Assembly: GCF_018977255.1 (NCBI RefSeq)
Contig: NW_024704742.1
Location: 104,100,001 to 104,164,000, forward strand
Direction of reading: 5' to 3'
DNA from: Callorhinchus milii
Taxonomy: Eukaryota
Length of the DNA: 64,000 nucleotides
Part shown: piece after piece, positions 12,698 through 26,707 of the stretch
How the letters are laid out: every line of letters starts with the position of its first letter
How positions within the stretch are numbered: position 1 is the first letter of the stretch
Position numbers and translations under genes: made by a program
Notes under the pieces: generated by a model
What the model saw: only the letters and a program-made list of their open reading frames with translations
The model's database searches: none
What the model was told of the DNA's origin: nothing

Positions 12698-14305
12698 TTG
12701 AGACTAATCAACGACATAAGGCGCTATATCAAATGCAAGGATTATTATCAACCCGTGTTAAAATATTGAATTAGTTACTAGATGAATTGGCATACTGGCA
12801 TAAAACCTTCATTGTTGACAGGGTGTAAAGGTGTCGAGGGCAAATGGATACTGAATGCCAAACCATGAAGTCTTAACAAGGCGCCGTAAAGCATTAAAGA
12901 TCATCAAGAATATCCTCTCTCAAATTCTGTCCGCTCCCTCCTCTTCCCACATAGGAGGATATCAAGGACTCCATTGGACACCTCCCCACTTGGCATACAT
13001 CAGAAACAGAGCTGGGAGTAGATAGATATTCTCCCTCATGTCATGGCTCAGTGTCACGTCACTACTCCAATGCTCACTCCAGGTACCACTAAGTGGTCTA
13101 TATAATGTTTATGCAAATATCACATTTGTACATCCCACATAGCTGGTTATTCAAATTCTGATGTTCATCTTTCATTTTGAAAGATAAGTTGTTAACAAAG
13201 GGGTATACAAACATTCCCACAAAAATAGCTCAACGAAACATGAGGCCTAACATTTGGCAAACTCTTAAGAAGCACTGCCTTTCAAATAGCCCTATGTTTA
13301 CTTCACAGAAGCTTTTGTTACTTATGTCCATCAAAAACTCCACACAAGGTTTGGGTAATTTTGATGGTATTTACAAACGATCAGGGATACTTTTCTGCAC
13401 ACCATTATCTCCAATAAACACTGAGCACTTCACTAAAAACAATAACTGGAAAAGAGCTTAAAAATAGATCTTTGATCTGACATGAGTGTACAATATGTTA
13501 TGCAAAATAAGACATTCAAAGACACTAACCAACAGATGCTTAACCATTAAATTTAATACTCACACTTAAAACTGGTTATTTCAAATATCCTGAGAATTTC
13601 CTTTTTCAACCCATTTTTTAGTGCTATCTGGATGAAAAACACTGCAATAATGATATACATTAAAGAATCTGCTGTCTGTCAATGGCAATTTGCCAGGCGA
13701 CAGTACCTCACACTATTTTGGTGCTGGATCATTTAGTGGGAGGGAGCCTAGAATCTTTGGAATGCTTAAAGTGATGATACTGACACCAAGCTTGGGGAGT
13801 TGGCCACGTGGAACGTTATCGGAGTGGTAAACCAGGGAAGGAATATTTAAAGAATCTGAATACTTGAAATGTGCCACTTTAACACCCCAGTTCAAGCAAA
13901 GAGATGATCTTGAAATGGTCAATTCTGTTCCTTCCATCCCCACCACCCCATTACCTTCTTTTGTATCTGATGCAACTCTGTGTATTTATGGCGAGGGTTT
14001 ATTTCTCATTGCTCACCACATGGATGTCAATACTGCAGGGCAATTGTTCCTTTCATTAGGTGAGATACATTGCTCATCTTTGGAATGGGATACTTTTAAT
14101 CTAGAATGGTAATCCATTCTCATCCCATTCATTGTGGAAGCTTTATTCATTTTTTTCATTGCATTTTTGCTGCACTACTTTTAAAATGTTTCTCTTAAAG
14201 CAAGTTAACTGTGCACTAGGTCAAAGGAGACGCTTGACAAGCTACAGAAAACATTCTGCTAACAACAACAACAACTTGCATTTGTATAGAGTCCCAGAGA
14301 GTTTG

Positions 14306-14657
14306 TAGTAATCCTTGCTTTTGATAAGGTGCCTTATCACATCGTTGAGACGTCTCAAAGCGCTTCACAGAATATACTGTAAAGTGGATTGATGGCGTAT
14401 TTTGTGCGCAAAACTCGGCAGCCAATTGTGCACAGCAGCGTCCCACAAACAGTTGTGGATTGAGTGACCAAATTATTATTATTACCCCTGGAAAAGCAAT
14501 CGACCAATCGACAACAACCAGGGTCCTACGTACTGATAGGTAAACAGAAGTGTGCGGGGTAAGGAAAACTTGCCTTAGGTTTCGCCTGCTTGAGAATTGA
14601 ACCAGAGTCCTCTCGCTTGCAAGGCGAATACTCTAAACCACTATGCTATGCATCTCC
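14306..14657 (-). mobile_element. tRNA-derived SINE, long subfamily
   Basis: Contains the extra CTGTTTACCTA.CAGTA.GTAGGA.CC...GTCGATTGG segment. Confidence 0.92.
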
Positions 14658-16203
14658 TTAATGTCAAACAAAAGGGAAAATGAACCCAGGGAGGGACAAA
14701 TTGGAATCTTCAAGTATGGGGTAGGCAATAAAATCTTATCCTAAAAGTAATTGCAATTTAAAATGACTTATTTTGAAACAATTACTTGAAAAGTAGAAAA
14801 AAATTGGGGAAAGGAATTTGAGTACACAAATAGCTAGAATTAAATCTAAATATCAATGCACTGAATTCCTACAGAGGGCACCAAAGCACAAGGGAAGCAG
14901 CAGCAAATCTAGTGGTCAAATTCAGAACATTTTTAGATTAAACCAAATTTACACCTGGCAAGAAAAGGATTCTGGTTAGCCAATCTTAAAAAACAATTAC
15001 CATGTCCCGTAAAGTAGCAGAAGAGATTGCGGGGTAAGGGTTGAATGAAAAAATTAAGCAGAAGAAGAAAATCTTTCAGATTTGCACGTTTCCACTTAAG
15101 TTTAATATCCACAAGATATATCTTTTTGAAAAGTGTATGCTATTGTCAACCTCAATCTAAAGGTAACTGGAGTGAAAGATGGCGAGCCCTACAACTTCTC
15201 TCCAATCACAAAATAACAGTAAAAAAAGTTTCCAATTAAAAGACTAAAGTGCAGACAAAAAGAGCAAAAAGATAGTGGACACGCTGTGTGAACTGCAATT
15301 CAGTGACTTCACCCTTCTCCCAAATATGTCACTGAAGTTCATTGAACTTAAAATCTCTGAACCGATTTCCAATAATTCAAAGTAGAAAATTCCTCTGTTA
15401 ACTATATCAAAGTATTAAACAATTTGTTCCATTATTCCAGCAGAGACTTCCGGCATTGGTTTTCTTTGTCCAAAATTACCATATCTGTAGTGCATGTAAA
15501 ACTACATCTCTTTTTAATGAGTTGATCTCAGAATTGTAAAACCGATTTTCCAAACAGAAGCTGGACAGCTGCAGGCAATGTTTAGCACTTGTTCTAAGTG
15601 AGTAGTTATGTAATGAAGAAGGCTCTGTTATAGCATCGTTTATAATCCCAAGGACCATTTTTTAAAAATAACACATCAACTGTAATATTCATAGCCAGAA
15701 GATGCATTCCATGTAAAATGGCCTTCTAAGTTTAATAAAGTCAATTTTTCAAAACATCTGTATTGTTAAACCTTTAACCCTCGTTCCTTCCTATTCAATT
15801 TTCTCACATATTATCTTCATATTTTCCTCCAAGTACAGTTTCCTAATACTGAATAAAAACCTTTTCAAACTAATGTTAGAATAAATCACTGGAGACAACA
15901 AAATCTGAGTCAGAATGGCATAATTTCTGAAACGACAGTAGAATCCTATCAGAGCAAGAATGATCAAACATTGTTCTTTGAAGCAGATACCAGATAAAAC
16001 ACTACAACTGAGCCCCCACATAAGGATTTTCAAGGATACATTTAACATTTCTTAATCAAAAACCATTTTGTACTCACTTGTTACAATCAAGTCTATCAAT
16101 CAAATAATAGTCTTTTATTAATGAAAATGTCTGCACAGAAAAATATCAAATCATGCCCCGAATATTAAACAACTTCTTAAATAAATGTCTGAAAAACACT
16201 TAC

Positions 16204-16304
16204 CAAGAAAGCAAGGTTGTCACACTTGATGCAACAAACTGATGCTGCTTCCTCCAATTATCCAAGATTTAGTCGACCACAAAATAGAAACATGTCCAAC
16301 ATAA
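16204..16304 (-). other. Probable internal non-coding (5' UTR) exon, 101 nt
   Basis: Strong acceptor TTCCTTTCTTGCCTCTTTGCAG| and donor TTG|GTAAGT, in unique sequence and on the same strand as the promoter. It contains only a short ATG-stop ORF (MLDMFLFCGRLNLG*). Confidence 0.55.
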
Positions 16305-17175
16305 CTGCAAAGAGGCAAGAAAGGAATCTTATAATTATTTATAAAAAAAGCATTCCCTATTTAATCTACTTTATAATCTAAACAACACAAGCTAAAAGAT
16401 AAAATTTCTACCAATAATCAGCCACGCACATGATACACCAGAGTTTCCAATTGCAGCAATGCAGGATCAAGGAGCTATTTGATCCAGATCACACATCATG
16501 GGCATATGTGAACTGTGAAAATGTGAAAGTGTGGTTGGCCTGTGAAAGCTGATGCTGTTGCTTGCTCCAAAGTCCTTTTTGAACTTTGGAGTGAGTAATG
16601 TATATATCAGGGTGGGACTCATTAAGCACACACACAATTCACTTTGCAGTGAATGAAAACAATATTAGTTACAGCTTAGTAATTACACCTTCAATTACAA
16701 CCATGATTCTCTTTGCATTTTCTAACAAGTAATTCAGTAAATATTCCACTGCGTTTTTCAGGAAGTTGTGAACTTCAACTTAAATGGCTGTTTGTATTTA
16801 AAACAAATGTTTCACAAATTTCAAGGTTGCATTTTATTTCTCACCCAATCTTCTCTGCACTCCTGATCTATTTCTCTAGTACTAAATCTATAAATTACTT
16901 TTAATATGCAGTGATTTTCCAAAAATCTTAACACAAACAGTAGCTAAACAGCAGAGTAAAAGGGATAAACATTACAGTGAACATTAATGCCCTAAAATTA
17001 CAGTTCCAAATGGCAAGCTAAGAAGATAATTTACCCAGTAAAAATCTCAGCAACATCCGTGTCTATTGATCTAATTAAAATAACAGAATTATGTTGGAGT
17101 CCCATCTGTATCTAGGTAAGAGCAATGAAAGAAGTAAATGAACCTTTTGTCTCAATATAATTGCAATCCCCTAGG

Positions 17176-17350
17176 GTGGTGTAATGGTCCAACCTTTTGA
17201 CTGCTGAGGGACAGATCCCCTATGGAAACATCCACGGGCCACATTAGCAATATTTTTATGTTTCCCTTCCAGCAACATAACGTTTTTGGGTTATGGATGG
17301 AGCGGGTGGGCCAGATGAAGGGGACGGGGGGATGAAATTGGAGAGAACAT
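17176..17350. mobile_element. Possible decayed hAT-type MITE
   Basis: GGTCCAACCTTTT...GGGCCACAT...GGGCCAGAT resembles MER30/Charlie-like ends; TIRs and TSD are not clean. Confidence 0.3.
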
Positions 17351-17647
17351 CTTTTCTGAATATCATTTCTACAACCCAAATAAAATGCAGGAAGTCTACG
17401 TCAAACATGACCACACATATTCCAAGCCCGCAGCAGTGTCAAAACTGTTGGGATAATAAACCTTATTGCTGAAGCTTGGGAAGACATCAAACTCAGTTTG
17501 CAGCCAATAGCACAATATGTCCCATCAATAATTTGACTTTAATTTGCTGGGGAAATGTTCAAACAAGATGGAACGATGGCATCCAAGAGATATATTTCAC
17601 TCTAGCTTCAAAATGGCCACACGTCAAATAAGAATCTTCCACAATAA

Positions 17648-18125
17648 CCGGATCGCTTTTCCAGGTAATAATTCCTTCAAAAAAAATTGGTCACTCCATT
17701 CTACAACTGCTTGTGGGACACTGCTGTGCACAATTGGCTGCTGTGTTTCACCCACAAAATATACAGTCAATTCACTTTACAGTATATTCTGTGAAGCGCT
17801 TTGGACGTCTCGAAGACATGAAAAGACGCTATATCAAATGAAAGCATTATTATTACTATTATTACCTAGCGTTAAGTAGGAACCCAGTTGTCAGTTGATT
17901 GGCAGATCACTTTTCCGGGGGTAATAATTCCTTAAAAAAAACAATAATAAATTGGTGACTCAATTCACGACTGTTTGTGGAACACTGCTGTGTGCAATTG
18001 TCTGCCATGTTTCATCCACAAAATATACAGTCATTTCACAGTATACTCTGAAGCGCTTTGAGACGTCTTGAAGACATGAAAAGACACTATATCAAATGCA
18101 AGGATTACCATTATTACTACTATTT
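17648..18125 (+). mobile_element. Two head-to-tail 5'-truncated long-subfamily SINEs
   Basis: Two SINE 3' halves, each ending ATCAAATG.AAG.ATTA(TTA)n (about 17863 and 18125). Confidence 0.88.
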
Positions 18126-20499
18126 AATGGAATCCTCCAAGTGTAGCTGACTGAAATGTAGATTCTCAAAAATAACTTAAAATAAGAATACTTGTCATTG
18201 GGAAGGCAAATGCTTAGGAACACAGGGAACGTACAGATTTCAATTAACTTTCAGCAGGAAAGCAATCCAGAGCAGGAGACCAAAGATTGTATTGTATTGG
18301 TGAGTGCCAAATGCCATTTTTAAAAAAAAGTTATTGAAGAGTCAGTAGCGTGATCAACCCTTCAATACACACTAAATGGTCTTAAGAAACCATTTTTAAA
18401 TGGAAGCTAAATCGATTTGCTCTGCCTGTACTGATACTGCAGCAATACAAATTGATTTCCTGGGAAAAATAATCTCGTCAAGCTGGTTGTGGTAAACAAG
18501 CTTCAGGGCAAATTGCTTTGGAATCATGTGCCCCAAATGATTTATACTTCATTTTTGGAGCCAATTTGCTAATGATAGCGTTTACACTCCAATGCAAAAT
18601 GGATTCTTATTAACAATATGTAGGATAGGTATTCTGAAAGGATGAGATCAAATGGGCCAAAGGGCTATCTTCACCCAAACTCTTATGATCTTGTGATATG
18701 GTCAGGAAAAGTACAAGCAAGTACAGATGGAAAAAGGTATCCTTCAAAAAATATTCATGCAATGTTTAATAGAAAAAATGTAATACCCAAAAGCTAAAAT
18801 GCCAGGGACAAAACTCGAATAAAATTACAAATGGATAAGGGCCTCAACTTGTACTGAAATTTGGATTTCCTGTAAAAATGGAATGTGAGAATTCTGACAG
18901 TCATTTGGGAAAGTAATTTCATCCATACTGAACCGCCCCTCTCATCTGTTCAAACAGAATAACATCTGTAAACCCTTAACAAAGAACAATGACAATAATA
19001 TGGAGAACAACACTATGAAACAGAAGATATAATTTGCAACTGCACAAACAAAGAATTTTTAAACACTTAAGTCAATTATATACTCTGGCAAATCTACTTT
19101 TAAATTTACAGCAAAGCTTGAAATTAATGATGGTTTGCCGTACAGTGCAGGTCATTTAAATATAAAACCACTGAAAGGACCTCAGTAGACTTATGCAGTA
19201 CACACTGGAAAAATTAGGTGCAACATGAAAAAACGCTCTGAGCCAGCCTATTGATCAACTTTATGGCAAGACTGACATGAAATTCATCAATTTCTTGATC
19301 TACAGGGAGTTTACCAGCATGCTTTTATGAAGGCAAAAAATAAATGGAGACAAATGAAAGAGATTCAGGAAGAGAAGAGATCCCAGAAGCCTCACTATTG
19401 GAACTGCAATGCCCATTAATAAAATCTAACCTAAACATCCTCCAAATACTCTTTTTTTAAAAAAATGATGCCGACTCTGATGGCACAAAACCTATGTGCA
19501 GAATATGAAATACTAGGGGAGAAGTGGCTTTGAGCCAAGACTGGGAATGAAGACACTACTCCAGAAAGGAAAATATTTACAGAAAATATTCAGAATATAA
19601 AAAAAACCTAGGATCTAATGCTTCACTGAAGATTTCCACAATTAAAAATTAGAAACACCAGTACGAAGTGTATTGAAAAGTCTAAGCAAAAACATTATGG
19701 CAGTTTTTGGTGCGGGATGGGGGGGGGGGGGGGGGAAGGCAGGCCATGTGGCAGAGCTGAAGCAAACCGGATTTGATCAGAGACCCTGTAATGAAGAAAG
19801 GAGCACATAGTATCAGATGTCAAGTTTGGGCACTCGTTTAGGGAGATATAATGATTCTTGCATTTGAAATTGTGTCTTAGGACATTGGCAAAACATCTCA
19901 AAGCGCTTCACAACAACAACTTGAATTTATATTGCACCCTTCAAACAGGGTAGTGTCCCACAGTGCTCACTCACACACTTAAAATCACAAGATTTCAATT
20001 TGCACTGAATTGTTCCACAAATAATAATAATAATCCTTGCATTTGATATAGCGCTTTTCACGTCAGGAGGACGCCCCAAACAAACAGCCATGAAGTGAAT
20101 GACCAATTTTATTTGGGGGATTATTGGACAGGGCACCTGAAGAAATTGTTCTATTTTTGAATAGTGCTATGGGATCTTTATGTCCACTGGGACAGGCAGA
20201 TAGGGCTAACTTACACCCCACTTCAGCTAACAGTTTTCCATTTTCTTCCCATTCTCTCTTGAATTTCACTAATTAAATGCACTAAAATCCTATTGTAACA
20301 TTGTCCATAAATACTTTAACGGTATCCCTATCATTTTCCAGGTGGAATAGAATAAAAGTGGCATATCTGGCCTGTGATTGGCTGAACTGACTTCGGGAAT
20401 AGTTTCTTCAACCAAATTCCAGAAGTATAAAGATTGATTTGATGGTTCAATAGACAAGATGCGCTAAATTTAAAGACACTAAAGACAGCAGGAATTTAC

Positions 20500-20577
20500 C
20501 TGTGTGAAACGCAATGTAATTCTGTGAGGTTAGTAATGGCACTGGAAATGTGGTGAGAATTAGTCAAGAGGCAGTAC
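20500..20577 (-). other. Possible cassette or cryptic exon, 78 nt
   Basis: Acceptor CTTTTTCCAG|G and donor CAG|GTAAAT. One frame is open but gives no recognisable peptide. Confidence 0.2.
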
Positions 20578-21989
20578 CTGGAAAAAGGATGCCTTTGTGA
20601 GTATTTTTTTAAAAAACATGAAACTATTAAAATAAAAACATCTTTGTTAAATGCATTTCCAAGGGGCCGAGTTTCTGTCAGACAATATTTATGAATAGCA
20701 TGTGGAAAACTTCTGAAGGGGCATACAACTAACTTGCCATTGCAGCAATTTTTGTTAGTAATGATGGTTCCAGCACCATGGGATGTCCTCCCGACGTGAA
20801 AGGCACTACACAAATGTAATCTTGTTGTTGTTTGGCATGAGAAATGCAGAAACAATAAACAACCTATTAAGGAAAACTAGGTAAACCTGTCCTGAAATAG
20901 CAACTGGAGGAAAATGACTAATTTTAAAGGTATTAAACTTTGAGGTGCACAAATAAAAATTAAGCACCTGAAGCTAAAAATGTAGATTGGCCATTATAAC
21001 CAAGATGGCAAAGCAGTATAAATGTGTTAGTTCAAGGAACAGGGACTATAGATTCCTCACTCGCAATCCCATACAACATTCCTGCGAATGTATTTACGTG
21101 CTGCTAAAATCATGACTTCACGTTCTGGCTAAAACACACATAACTGCACATTTCTGATCTCAACATCAACTGATGTCAGGTAAAAAGCACCAGCCCGCTT
21201 TGCCAAGTTCTTAGCAATTAAAATGCTCTTAAAATGAGTGGGGGGAGCTATATAAATGCAAGTTGTTGTTATGCTGTATTGTTCCAAGTAGGACAGAGCA
21301 TGAAATAGTTCAAATGATAAACCATTTCATTACTTCTCAGCAGAACATAACACAATTGCAAAAATGTGCTTGTGTATTTGCAATATCTAACATGAATTTT
21401 AATTTCAGCACAAAATTCGACTTTTTCTTAGAAGGTCCTATTTTTGGAAGGAGGGACCGCATTCCTATCTGCTCCCCAGCAGAGACTTTAGTAAATAAGA
21501 TTCCTTTGGGAACAACGAATCTTGCAATTCATTTTTGCAGACAGCATACTCTTTGGAATTTGTTTTCAGTTTCTATATTCCTGCTTATTTTGTTTTGTGT
21601 GGTTGTATATTTAACATTGTTACAATGTCCAGGTTTGGGGTTGGTAAATTATCAAAATTGCAACAAAGTTTAAACAAACCAATCACTGGCATTCTCAGGC
21701 AGTTTATTTAACAAGTTCAAGGTAAAGAAAAGTATTTGCTGGAACTAAATGTTACTAGTTATTTTCTGACTGCATTACAGAGCCAACAGTGTTTGTGACT
21801 GATGATGTTAAATCACCTTGCTTCAGGGTACTCAATGAATAGAACGTAAAATTATTTCATGAAGAAACTTCACCTTCAGGTGGAAGCACAGCTGATAAAA
21901 ATACCACAGACCAGGTAGCTCTGTTTAAACTAAGACCATTATCTCGAAACTATGCCACAGAGCATAACATTCTGGAGGAAAATAAACTT

Positions 21990-22576
21990 AATTTCCACCT
22001 CCGCCACAGTGCCCGCCTCTACCCGTACCTCACAAATGACGCAGCTGAAACCCTCGTCCACGCCTTTGTCACTTCCCAGCTGGAATATGCCAATGCTGTC
22101 CTCGCTGGTATCCCCAGCTCCACCATACACAAAATCCAATTAAAAACTCCGCCGCCCTGATACTCACCTGCATGAAACTCCGTACCCCGATCATACCAGG
22201 CCTAGCCGGGCTCCGCTGGCTCCCAATCACCAAACGGATCGACTTCAAGATTATTTTCAAATCCCTTCATATCTTCGCACCTCCCTACCTATCCGACCTG
22301 CTTGCCCTCCACAACCCGCTGCCTCCAGCCTCCTAATTGTCCCTCGTGCCCTCTATTCCACCATCGGTGACCGTGCCTTCACTATGCCCCGAAACTCTGG
22401 AACTCTCTCCTTCAATCACTCCGCCTTGCCCCCTCACTACCTTCAAATCCTGCCAAAAGACCTTCCTTTTTGATCATGCTTACTCCCTCTCCCCCTGGCT
22501 TGTTGTCAGACACTGTGAAGCGCTCCAGGATGCTACCCCGCATGAAGGGTGTTATATAAATGCAAGTTGTCCTTGA
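21990..22576 (+). mobile_element. L2 LINE 3' fragment
   Basis: Decayed AETLVHAFVTS-LEYANA and WLPI..RIDFKI motifs; tail TATATAAATGCAAGTTGT. Confidence 0.85.
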
Positions 22577-24169
22577 TGCAATTGCAAAGTCAGTTTTTAA
22601 TTGCCATATAAATCAAGAATATGAGTACCCCCTCACTGAAAATGTTTCTCAAAAATACACTTTCAGGATGTTTAATGTAGAAATTTAAAACCAATTACTA
22701 AATAGTGAAGTTTTAGACATAAAGAATGTATTTTACTAATATTAGAGCGTATCCAAGGTTGTTAGTTTATCAGTAAAGAGCTCAAGAGCTCCCTCTATGG
22801 GTCCCAGCGCATTGTACTACTGCCCCTCATGCAAAACACACTATTATTCAAAACCAGACAGCCAGGGTAGGAAATTCAAAACATTTTGCTTGGCAGCATG
22901 CCAGGTAACTTGTCAAAATACTTGCCATGCAAATATTATTTGGTATGTTGAAATGAGGAGAATCAATGGGCCAAATTCCATGTTTTAATCATATTACCAA
23001 TATAGGCCCTCACCAATAAAGTATATATTCAACAGTAAATCATCTGAGGCACGTTGAGAAGACTCGACAATGTGATATGTTATATCAAATGCAAGGCTTA
23101 CCATATACTGTATACCAAATGTAAACAATTAAAACTTGTTTCATAGTCATTTTCTACCACCTTTGCTGATTTGCAATGCAGTAGTACTTTGTATGCTCCA
23201 TCCTCATTTGTGCCAATTCCATGGGTATTTGTCAACCTTTTGCACCCAGCAAAATTAAATACAAGTTAATGATTCCAATCGATGATGTGACTAGCTACCA
23301 AGGAATGCTTCCAATTGAATACCTACTCTATCCACAATACAGTATAACAAACTGATGAAATTATAAAGCCAAAACTATGTGGAAAAAGTTGATCCAAACA
23401 CCAAAGTTTGGAACATTATTCCCATGCAGCATGTTACAAGGTACAGTATTCAAAGGAGTTCTCAAAGGAGTTATTTCTGTTGAACCTGGATAATGAAAAG
23501 ATTGCAGGATTGAACTTGGCTTTGATTCTCTGCATGATTGCTTCGCCTGCCAACACTCACTGTCCAAATTCATACCGTAAGATGCCAGTTGGAAGAGGTG
23601 CTACCAAATCTTAATAATAATCCTTACATTTATTTTAGTGCTATTTGGGAGGAAGGCTTAAAGTGTTTCACCGGATATACAGTACTGTCAAAGTGGAGTG
23701 ACTGTGTATTTTGTGGACAAACATGGTAGTCAATTTGCACACAGGAATGTCCCAAAATCTATATTGGGCACTTAAGAGATTACTAACAACAAAACATTTT
23801 ATCAGTTAGTGGTGGAACTGTACCCTAGCAAGTCACAGCCTTCAGGGGGGGAAAAAGTAGGGTGAATATTTTCAAACAGCATTCACATGAGAATTTTAAA
23901 TTGATGCGAGCAAGCTGAAACTTGCTGGAACATTATGTGATGCAGCTGCCAAGAGTCCTAATGTGCTGACAGTTAACATGGAACAAAATTCAAGGGCAAG
24001 GCACAGTTATACAGAGCAGGAAGGTCTTGGGGATAAATCCTGGTCTGCACAGTTTACTCATATAAAAATAATAATCCTCGCATTTGATATCCTGCCTACA
24101 ATGTCAAAATGTCTCAAAGCATCCATATGTCTCAATCGTCAATAGCTTGTTTGGGTTACTCTTGTGTGC

Positions 24170-24365
24170 CAGTCTGGCTCAGGTGGTAGCAGTCTTGCCA
24201 CCGAGTCAGAAGGACACGGGTACAAGCCCCACTTCAGGACTCGGAACTTGTATGGTTTAAGCTGGCACTGCAATGCAGTGCTAGAGATGTGCTGCATTGG
24301 TGGGGGTGCCACCTTGTGGATGAAATGTCTGTCTGCTCACGTGGGTGAGTGCTCCCATGGGAGTT
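24170..24365 (+). mobile_element. 5' half (tRNA-like head) of a Deu-type SINE
   Basis: TGGCTCAGGTGGTAGCAGTCTTGCCACCGAGTCAGAAGG...GGGTACAAGCCCCACT; A/B-box-like head. Confidence 0.6.
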
Positions 24366-26707
24366 TCAAGTGAAGTGACCACTTATAAGTAAATGCAGCA
24401 GCCAATGTCCCCCAAACAACCATGAAATGCCTGACCAATATATCTGGAGGACTGTCATTTCTAATAGCGTATGAGATCTTATTACACACCTGTGGTCAAG
24501 CAACTCAGCAAAATATAGCACTCAATATTCCAGAAGAGAAACATTGAAAGAGTGCATTTATTTTACACTGCTTTAGTTACGCTAAATATTCCGGAGAGAT
24601 TTACATCTTCCCTAGAATCATTCAGCAAGTGGGAAGCAGCGAAGCTTAACAGCCAGTCATGCACGGGACCCACTTGCAGGATAATGAGGGAGCTAAACAA
24701 GGCTGTGCAACAACTTACATTTATACAGCACCCTTTCACATAGGATAAGTCTTAGAATGTTTCACAGAAATTGGGTTGGACACCACGCAAGAGAGGAGGT
24801 GGGGGGGGTCGGTGGTTAACAGCAGGCTCAGTTAAAGAGGCACAGTTTTGATGGTATTAAAGAGCAGATGGACCAGGGGAGAGAGCTCTATAGGTTAGGA
24901 GCATAGCTGCTGAAAATTCAGCCACTGATGGTGTCAGAGGTCTGAGCGGTAGATGATACTTTAAGAAAAATTACAATTTGGGGTCAATATACTTTTATTA
25001 CGTGTAGAACTACAGAATGGGATCTCTTGAAGGCAAACTGTTTCACCCAATTCCATTGAGAAATACTAAATGAAAAATATTAACACTTAAAACTTGTAAG
25101 CATAAACCTAATTTACTGTATACATCAAGTCTATTTTTGTTTAAAATGAGCATTCAACCTGAAATATTATTACAAAAGTGTAAATGCTGGAAAATAAACA
25201 ATGTCATTAAAACTATTATACCTCACGCCTAAATGCATAACCAACTGGGTAGATGGTAAACAAATACACATACAGATATAAACATTGCTCATTAATAACC
25301 ACAAGTACTTTAAGAATTGAAATAATGATAGGCTTACAGCTTATTATTATTTGATGTCACCGAGTCTAAAAGAAAAATGTTAAACTGCCACATTTCTTTG
25401 AAGGTGTACCTACCTCTTCTGTACGAAATGCTGACAGAAGATTTTAAGGGCTGCAAACTTTCCACAAGTTTGCACATCAAAGCAACACCCAAGTGTTTCT
25501 GAAGCCTGAAGTTGTTGAACTGCGAAGGTGGTTGTAATTCAAATAGATGACTCAGGAGCCATGATTAGTGGGAGGGGGTCACTGAGTAGTTTATAATCTT
25601 GGTTACATTTCAGGTTTCAGTACACAGATTATATGGAACATTAGTTTCTTTTGCCTCTGCTAAAAAGGCTGTGATGTACATTATAGCTTCCTTGATGCTG
25701 CCTGGAGGCATTCCACTTGCAATCTGCTGCTCCACTGCCAATCTGACAAAGTTGCCCATTTTGATCACCAGTGCTAAAAGCCCTGGTAGTTGGGAACAGT
25801 GATGTTGCTTTGGGCCCAAAGTATTGCCACAGTAGTTCAGAGGAAGGCAACATTGTCAGGCACCATAGGTCTAACAGACGAACTAAAAAGGATGGGGGTT
25901 GCAGGATCACCAAAAGTGAAGTGGGTTCCTTCAAGGAAAGTTGACATCTCAATTCGAATGTTTATCAGTCAAGCACGATGGATACATTCAAACTGTTCCA
26001 TAGGTGCAAACACATGGTAAAACAGGAAACGGTGGCAAGTATCACAATGGCCATTAGTCGCAAATGACTTCAAACATTTTCAAGAAACATTTCCATGAGG
26101 CAACGTTTGAAGCACGAGACTGAAATATTCTAACAGTTCTAATAAATAAGGACACCACAGTGAAAAATAAGTGAGGTTTGTTGTTCATTTTTAAGAGATG
26201 CTTTTGTGTCAAAGTAGACAAGTTGGTTTTGTCTGAAAGCTAAAAGACAAGCTGGTCTGGTCTTAAAGTAAGTCTTCTAACAAACGGCTTCTTAAGGAAG
26301 CTGTGTTTTTCAAGAATCACCTACATTTTCAAGCTCTAGGAAATCGGAATCAGTTTTTAATGCAATAAATTCTAACTTATTGAAACCAATAACTTCCTCA
26401 TCAATAGTAGCCTGGCCTATAAGGTGTTCCTAATAAGGAAATTATTTGGTCCACCAGCCATAAAGTAAATGTAGGATGTTTAGACAGAGGATGATCTGAT
26501 AAGAGATGCTGTACCACTTGAACACAAAAATGATCTTTGTGTCATACATTTACGACTGAAGGCGGAAATTGCAAAAACTAAAGAATGTTTTACTTAAAAG
26601 AACATTCCCCATCTTTCCTTCTGTGTAATCCGCCATGTTGGTCCTTTTTACAATAACTTGCAGGGTGTTTATGCCAACGTATATCATCAGCAGAGGTCTT
26701 AATTTCA

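Noticed and set aside
26550..26700. CAACATGGCGG start (MADYTEGKMGNV...) as the first coding exon
   Set aside because: No good acceptor or donor, the ORF stops at 26550, and the peptide is unrecognisable.
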